Shown: in pieces, positions 58,958-64,000 of the stretch
How the letters are laid out: the number at the start of each line of letters is the position of its first letter
Numbering within the stretch: the first letter of the stretch is position 1
DNA from: an uncultured Dehalococcoidales bacterium
GTDB taxonomy: Bacteria > Chloroflexota > Dehalococcoidia > GIF9 > UBA5629
Direction of reading: 5' to 3'
Assembly: GCA_964554375.1 (NCBI GenBank)
Contig: CAZKOL010000003.1
Location: forward strand, 7,206-71,205
DNA length: 64,000 nucleotides
Position numbers and translations under genes: made by a program
The notes under the pieces: generated by a model
What the model saw: only the letters and a program-made list of their open reading frames with translations
What the model was told of the DNA's origin: nothing
Database searches by the model: none

Positions 58958-60178
58958 TTATGCGCCGAAGAATTTCTTGAGCATACCCATGACGTTATTT
59001 AACGAGCTTGCCTGCTGGGGCTTGGCTTCCCAGGTGGGCTTGCCGCCGGTCTTGATGGCCCAGAGCAGCAAACCTACGCCGGTAGCGTTGGCCGGATCAT
59101 GCAGAACGTCGGTAATACCATATACTCCCATCGGCTCGCCGATCCTGGTGGGGATGCGTATGGTGGCGCGGGCCAGCGCTTCCAGCCCGTTCATCTTGGA
59201 CCCGCCGCCGGTCATAACCAGGCCTGCAGGGGCCAGCGCGGCGTAGCTGGTATCGGGCATTTCGAGCAGTATCAGCCTGAGCAGCTCTTCCATGCGGTCC
59301 CTCAGTATGTTGCTGAGGTCCTTGTAGGAGACGCTGTGTCCATCCTCCACTGTCAACGTGGAGCCCTCGTCCTTTGACCCGGTCTCGGGATAAACGTTGC
59401 CGTACTTCTTCTTCATCGCCTCGGCGATCTCGAAGGGCAATCCAAGGCCGATGGAGAGGTCGCTGGTGAACTGGTAGCCGGCCACCGGTATAATGGACGT
59501 GTGGTAGATGCTGCCGTCCCTGAATACGGCGATGTCTGTGGTGCCGCCACCGATATCAGCCATGATCACGCCGATCTCCTTCTCTTCGGGGGTGAGAACG
59601 GACTCGCCGCTGGCCAGCGGCTCGAGCACCAGGTCGTCGATCTCGACTCCCACGCTGCGCACACACTTGACCAGGTTTTGTACGGAGGCGGTTGAGGCTG
59701 TGATTATATGTGTCTCAACATCCAGCCGGAATCCGTGCATGCCCACCGGGTTCTTGATCTTCTCCTGGGTATCCAGGCTGTAGCCGCGGGGTATCTGGTG
59801 CAGTATCTTCCTGTCATCGGGTATATTCATGTTCTTGGCCGCAGACAGCACGCGTGACAGGTCGTCCGACCTTACCAACCTGTCGGTGCGCGGTATGGCA
59901 ACAACACCGTGGCTGTTGACCGAGCTGATGTGCCGGCCTGTGACACCGATGTAAGCCGACTCGATCTTTACGCCGCTGGCCTGCTCAGCGCGCTTTACCG
60001 ATTCGGCTACCGAGTCCCTGGCCTCCTCGACATTGACCACCATGCCTTTGTGAAGGCCATGGGACGGTACCTGTCCGACACCGAGCACCTGAAGCGCACC
60101 CCCGGAATCAAGGGTGGCAACTATGGTGCATATCTTGGTTGTGCCCACGTCGATGCCGGTAATTAGTTTTTTGGTCAT
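58958..60178 (-). CDS. ftsA: cell division protein FtsA
   Basis: Actin-like ATPase: GIDVGTTKI and DIGGGTTD. Confidence 0.9.
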   Translation of the reverse strand: MTKKLITGIDVGTTKICTIVATLDSGGALQVLGVGQVPSHGLHKGMVVNVEEARDSVAESVKRAEQASGVKIESAYIGVTGRHISSVNSHGVVAIPRTDRLVRSDDLSRVLSAAKNMNIPDDRKILHQIPRGYSLDTQEKIKNPVGMHGFRLDVETHIITASTASVQNLVKCVRSVGVEIDDLVLEPLASGESVLTPEEKEIGVIMADIGGGTTDIAVFRDGSIYHTSIIPVAGYQFTSDLSIGLGLPFEIAEAMKKKYGNVYPETGSKDEGSTLTVEDGHSVSYKDLSNILRDRMEELLRLILLEMPDTSYAALAPAGLVMTGGGSKMNGLEALARATIRIPTRIGEPMGVYGITDVLHDPANATGVGLLLWAIKTGGKPTWEAKPQQASSLNNVMGMLKKFFGA

Positions 60179-60227
60179 TAATACTAGCCTCCTTCGATTT
60201 AATGCTTACTAATAATCTAATATTTGC

Positions 60228-60362
60228 TACAAGAAGTAGAGGATGGTGATTGCTATTATCAGGCTGATGAAAACGACGCCATCGAAGACCATGCCCCCGA
60301 ATATGGTCAGGAGTTTCCGGTCATTGCTCAGGATGGAGTTAAGTCTTTTTGATCCGATCATT
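60228..60362 (-). CDS. small single-TM protein between rsmH and ftsA (FtsL-position ORF)
   Basis: 44 aa (MIGSKRLNSILSNDRKLLTIFGGMVFDGVVFISLIIAITILYFL) preceded by a GAAGGAGG RBS. Below the ORF-track length cutoff. Confidence 0.3.
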
Positions 60363-60382
60363 TTCTTTGCCTCCTTCATTTT

Positions 60383-61318
60383 CTATAGCTTAACCGCCAC
60401 ACGGAGCCTGGCGCTCCGACTGCGCGGATTTCTTTCGATCTCTTGCTCTCCGGGATACACCGGGTGCCTGCTGACCAGGTCCAGTGACGGTTTATGCTGG
60501 CAGCGGCATTGCGGTATTGTGGGTGGGCAGATGCAGCCCCTGGTCTCGCGCAGCATAAAGTTCTTTACAATGCGGTCCTCGAGGGAGTGATAGCTGATCA
60601 CTGCCAGCCTCCCGCCGCTTGCCAGGCAGTTCAGGCTCTGTTCCAGCGCAGTCGTCAGGTGGTCGAGCTCGCGGTTGACAGCTATGCGCAGGGCCTGGAA
60701 GGTCCTGGTGGCGGGATGTATCTTGCTGTAGCGGTCACCTACTGTGCCGGCGACTATAGCGGCAAGGTCTGCAGTATCCGAAATGGGGCGGTGGTCGACT
60801 ATATTCCTGGCTATTTGATTAGCCATAGGTTCCTCGCCGTAGATGAGTATAAGCTGGGCAAGCTTGTTTTCAGGTAGTCGATTCACGATATCTGCGGCGG
60901 TAAGCTGCTCATCAGGGTTGAACCTCATATCCAGAGGGCCGTTTAACTGGAAGCTGAAACCCCGCTCCGCGCTGGCCAACTGCAGCGATGAAAGCCCAAG
61001 GTCGAAGAGGATACCGCTGGCGCCGGAGAAGCCGGTCTCGAGACAGATGTTCTCAAGGTTGTAGAAATTGTCGTTGATAATGACTGAGCTTTCGAAGAAG
61101 TCGTACAGGTTGTGCTGGGCCAGCCTTATGGCCTCGGGGTCGGCGTCTATGCCCAGGAGATGGCCGCCGGGCTGGCATTTCGACAGGATGGCAAGCGCAT
61201 GTCCCCCGCCCCCGAGGGTGCAATCGATGTAACGCTTCCCCGGACTGACATCTAGCGCCTCCGCCACCTCATCCACGAGGACCGGTGTATGCACCCTGTT
61301 TGCTAAAGCAACGCTCAT
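60383..61318 (-). CDS. rsmH: 16S rRNA (cytosine1402-N4)-methyltransferase
   Basis: HTPVLVDEV, DCTLGGGGHA and LGVSSLQL. Confidence 0.9.
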   Translation of the reverse strand: MSVALANRVHTPVLVDEVAEALDVSPGKRYIDCTLGGGGHALAILSKCQPGGHLLGIDADPEAIRLAQHNLYDFFESSVIINDNFYNLENICLETGFSGASGILFDLGLSSLQLASAERGFSFQLNGPLDMRFNPDEQLTAADIVNRLPENKLAQLILIYGEEPMANQIARNIVDHRPISDTADLAAIVAGTVGDRYSKIHPATRTFQALRIAVNRELDHLTTALEQSLNCLASGGRLAVISYHSLEDRIVKNFMLRETRGCICPPTIPQCRCQHKPSLDLVSRHPVYPGEQEIERNPRSRSARLRVAVKL

Positions 61319-61743
61319 TTCCTTTCCTCCAGTATCTCCATCAACTGGCGCGCATCGTCAGTTGACGGGCGTTCTTTTTGCCACTGGACGGGGTTCCAGA
61401 TCTCAAAGCAATTATTGGTACCCAGTACAACCGCGGCTTCCGATATCGAGCACCTCTCGCGCAGTGTAGAAGGCAGGGCGATCCTTCCCTGGTTGTCTAT
61501 GTTGACCTCGTTGGCATTGCTGAAGATAAACCGGTTGATCCTCCTCTCCTTGTCGGAGACCAGGAAGCTGGCCGGCGCCTGGTTGGAGGTCATTTTGTTC
61601 CAGTCAGCTCTGGTATAGGCGGTAATGCAGTTATCTGCCACCATGGTCAACACCAGACCGTCCTCTATTTCCCTGCGGAACCTTGGAGGAAGGGGCAGCC
61701 GTCCCTTGTTATCAACTTTGTATTCGTATTCGCCGACAAACAT
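61315..61743 (-). CDS. mraZ: transcriptional regulator MraZ
   Basis: MFVGEYEYKVDNKGRLPLP and a duplicated MraZ fold. Confidence 0.9.
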   Translation of the reverse strand: MFVGEYEYKVDNKGRLPLPPRFRREIEDGLVLTMVADNCITAYTRADWNKMTSNQAPASFLVSDKERRINRFIFSNANEVNIDNQGRIALPSTLRERCSISEAAVVLGTNNCFEIWNPVQWQKERPSTDDARQLMEILEERK

Positions 61744-61766
61744 TACAATTTAACCTTCAAACCCGG

Positions 61767-62132
61767 TTATACTAAGAGATACTCCCGCTCAACTTCTCCT
61801 TCGAGATTTCTTATGGCGCTCCAGTCCAGCCTTGCTAGTTCCTGCACATAGTCGCTCAATGCATGTTCGGGGTTTAACGAGTAGTGTGCGATGCCGCTGG
61901 CGCAATACCTTTCCTCCACCATGCCCTTGTCGATCAGCTCACGCAGCATCTCGCGAAGATGGTAGTGCGTGATGTCGAGCACATGCGCAATGCCGTCAAG
62001 GTTGAACTTGGCCTGGGGATGCCTGACCCAGAAGAGCAGCAGGCGTAAGCGGTGTCCTGTGAAATCATTTTCCCTCAAAAAAGAGATGAGATCGTGGTCC
62101 GTCATGTTCTCGCACTGACTATTTATAACCAT
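61767..62132 (-). CDS. hypothetical protein (possible wHTH)
   Basis: 121 aa upstream of mraZ; no clear family. Confidence 0.3.
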   Translation of the reverse strand: MVINSQCENMTDHDLISFLRENDFTGHRLRLLLFWVRHPQAKFNLDGIAHVLDITHYHLREMLRELIDKGMVEERYCASGIAHYSLNPEHALSDYVQELARLDWSAIRNLEGEVEREYLLV

Positions 62133-62437
62133 ATCATTTCCCCTTTTTTACCACTTTTTACCACTATGTCCCATTATCTACACCTTTCCACCCACTTGTC
62201 AATAGCTTTTTAGGGAAAAGTCATTATGCAGGGCGAAAATTTGGACGCTGCTCAATGCATTAATCAGTGAAAATTCACAAATTGTGGTGACGGGAAGCGG
62301 TAAGGCACAACATGTAGTTTATTAGATCATGTGTTCTAGTATTCGCGTAAGGATGGTCTTCGTGGTTGCAAATTTGGTTGTACGAGTGTGTTATGGTAGA
62401 ATTACGTGCCTTTTCAGGCAATTGGATTTAACACACA

Positions 62438-63181
62438 ATGTTGAGGATCGATATTTTAACCATTTTTCCGGAAGCTTTCTCAGGCTATCTGGAGCATAGC
62501 ATCGTTGGCCGGGCCCTGGGAAAGCGGATTGTTGATATACGGCTGCATAATATAAGGTCTTTCACCCATGACAGGCGCCATACGGTGGATGATTATTGCT
62601 ATGGCGGCGGCGCCGGGATGGTTATGAAGCCGGAGCCGCTGTTTGAAGGGGTGGAATGGCTGCGTGGGGAGATAGGCGCAGGCGACTACCCGGTAGTGTT
62701 GCTTACCCCCCAGGGCAGACTATTCACGCAGGAGACAGCGGGCAGATATGCCGCACTTAATAATCTAATAATGATATGCGGGCACTACGAAGGTGTGGAC
62801 GAGAGGGTTTCCGAGCACCTGGTCAATGATGAGATAAGTATCGGGGACTACCTCATGAGCGGCGGTGAGCCGGCAGCCATGGTCATTATCGATTGCCTGG
62901 TCAGGTTGCTGCCGGGGGCCCTCGGTTCGCAGATGTCCCTGGACGAGGAATCGCATGTCGGCGGTTTGCTGGAATATCCTCACTACACCAGGCCTCCGCA
63001 GTTCCGGGGATGGAAGGCGCCTGATGTGCTGCTGTCGGGAAATCACAAGGAGATCGCTGACTGGAGGCGGAGGCAGAGCATCCTGCGGACGGCGCACAGA
63101 CGTCCCGACCTGCTGTGCAAGGCGGAATTAACAGATATCGAGCTAAATCTGGTAAAATCTGCGGATTTGAATAATAATTGA
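62438..63181 (+). CDS. trmD: tRNA (guanine37-N1)-methyltransferase
   Basis: RIDILTIFPE, DDYCYGGGAGMVMKPEP and GHYEGVDER. Confidence 0.9.
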   Translation: MLRIDILTIFPEAFSGYLEHSIVGRALGKRIVDIRLHNIRSFTHDRRHTVDDYCYGGGAGMVMKPEPLFEGVEWLRGEIGAGDYPVVLLTPQGRLFTQETAGRYAALNNLIMICGHYEGVDERVSEHLVNDEISIGDYLMSGGEPAAMVIIDCLVRLLPGALGSQMSLDEESHVGGLLEYPHYTRPPQFRGWKAPDVLLSGNHKEIADWRRRQSILRTAHRRPDLLCKAELTDIELNLVKSADLNNN

Positions 63182-63210
63182 TAATACTAAATTAAGGAAA
63201 GGGATCGATC

Positions 63211-63636
63211 ATGGATATAAATACCATCGGAAAGAATAAGGCCAAACCGGGCCTGCCCAAGCTGTCGCCCGGCGACAACGTACGCGTCAGCTTCAAGATA
63301 AAGGAGGCCAGCCGGGAGCGGCTGCAGACTTTCCCGGGACTTATTATTAAAGTCACCAGGCATAATTCGGGAGGCAATTTCACGGTACGCAGAGTGACCT
63401 CGGGCGTAGGTGTTGAACATACCTTTCCCCTGGCCTCTCCTCTGCTGGAGAAGATAGAGGTGGTGCGCCACGGAAAGGTCAGGCGCAGCAAACTGTACTA
63501 TATCAGGCGGCTCAGCACCAAGGAAGCAAGGCTCAAGGAAAGGCGTGAGAGGGTCTCCGAGGCGGCCTCGCCGGCCCCTGTTGAAGATATGCTGACCGTC
63601 CCTGAGCCCGAGGCTCCCGCAAGCGAAACTAACTAA
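63211..63636 (+). CDS. rplS: 50S ribosomal protein L19
   Basis: GDNVRVSFKIKEASRERLQTFPGLIIKV and the GKVRRSKLYY motif; has a C-terminal extension. Confidence 0.9.
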   Translation: MDINTIGKNKAKPGLPKLSPGDNVRVSFKIKEASRERLQTFPGLIIKVTRHNSGGNFTVRRVTSGVGVEHTFPLASPLLEKIEVVRHGKVRRSKLYYIRRLSTKEARLKERRERVSEAASPAPVEDMLTVPEPEAPASETN

Positions 63637-63641
63637 GCAGG

Positions 63642-64000
63642 ATGAAATTTGCTGAGGTAGCAGTCGGCGCAGCCGGCGGCCACCGACATACTTTCACCTA
63701 CTCTGTACCTGCTTCACTCGAGGTAGAACCCGGCTGCGCGGTGTCCGTGCCCTTCGGGCCGAGGGTCGTGCGCGGCATCGTTACCGGACTGTCGGACATC
63801 GCAGCGGTACCCGAGACACGGGATATCATCAGCGTCATTTCGCCCGTTCCGCTGGTCACGCCCGGGCGCATCAGGTTGGCATCATGGATAGCCGACCATT
63901 ACATGGCCCCCGTTTTCAATGCCCTTACCCTGATGCTGCCTCCGGGATTCGAAAGCAAGCGGCAGGTTAAGCCCAAATATCATAAATACCTCACTTTAAA
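63642..64000 (+). CDS. priA: primosomal protein N' (PriA), 5' partial
   Basis: MKFAEVAVG...HRHTFTYSVP...VSVPFGPRVVRGIV is the typical PriA N-terminal 3'-DNA-binding domain. Truncated by the window end. Confidence 0.7.
   Translation, partial: MKFAEVAVGAAGGHRHTFTYSVPASLEVEPGCAVSVPFGPRVVRGIVTGLSDIAAVPETRDIISVISPVPLVTPGRIRLASWIADHYMAPVFNALTLMLPPGFESKRQVKPKYHKYLTL

Noticed and set aside
60243-60590. 115-aa plus-strand ORF between ftsA and rsmH
   Set aside because: It overlaps the rsmH 3' end and the better-supported minus-strand 44-aa ORF that has a strong RBS. No RBS or start context.
1-64000. tRNA genes or CRISPR arrays
   Set aside because: No cloverleaf-compatible GTTCRA T-loop contexts were seen outside coding regions. 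No regularly spaced direct repeats were seen either. The REP-like repeats are irregularly spaced and palindromic, so they are not CRISPR repeats.

Overview
This is a 64 kb bacterial chromosomal window with dense coding and roughly 55-58% GC apart from two AT-rich patches. Gene content (no secretin, a minimal division cluster) suggests a monoderm, possibly peptidoglycan-poor Chloroflexota/Dehalococcoidia-like organism; that is an inference. Going through the window: (1) 0.1-20.3 kb is a large trehalose and alpha-glucan locus. On the minus strand it carries treZ, glgX, mak (maltokinase), treT, treS and glgE; on the plus strand malQ and glgB. Between glgX and mak sits a four-gene signalling module in the same orientation: an MscS-domain/PAS histidine kinase, a single-domain KaiC-like ATPase, a small wHTH protein and a receiver-KaiC fusion. 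A frameshifted transposase remnant lies next to it. This module is the most notable candidate for an undescribed regulatory system, possibly coupling osmotic or membrane-tension sensing to compatible-solute and glucan metabolism. (2) 20.7-27.5 kb holds housekeeping and redox genes: a nitroreductase, an alpha/beta hydrolase, MarC, a rubrerythrin with rubredoxin-like domains at both ends, nadE and gpmA. (3) 27.5-30.15 kb is an AT-rich 2.6 kb mobile element. It has perfect 14-bp IS6-type terminal inverted repeats (GGTTCTGTTATAAC) and an 8-bp target duplication (CCTTCAGG). It carries an IS6-like zinc-finger transposase plus passenger ORFs, including a GIY-YIG-like protein, and is inserted inside a copy of a REP-like palindromic repeat. 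Further copies of that repeat occur at 23.85, 32.25, 36.7 and 42.07 kb. (4) 30.2-36.7 kb holds a MacB/FtsX-type ABC pair, two tandem paralogous GT4 glycosyltransferases, an alpha/alpha-toroid protein and a SAM methyltransferase. (5) 36.7-52.8 kb holds a 1121-aa BNR/Asp-box surface protein and a secretin-less type IV pilus locus: pilB, pilC, two pseudopilins, a large pilus-associated protein, pilO-like, pilM, pilN-like, pilT, pilA, an O-antigen-ligase-like/TPR protein (a candidate pilin glycosylase) and pilD. (6) 53-64 kb holds a GAF-sensor/Hpt fusion, nrdR-nrdJ with putative NrdR boxes, a minimal division cluster (mraZ-rsmH-small TM ORF-ftsA-ftsZ with no mur/ftsI/ftsW genes), trmD, rplS and the 5' end of priA. 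No tRNA, rRNA or CRISPR array was recognised.
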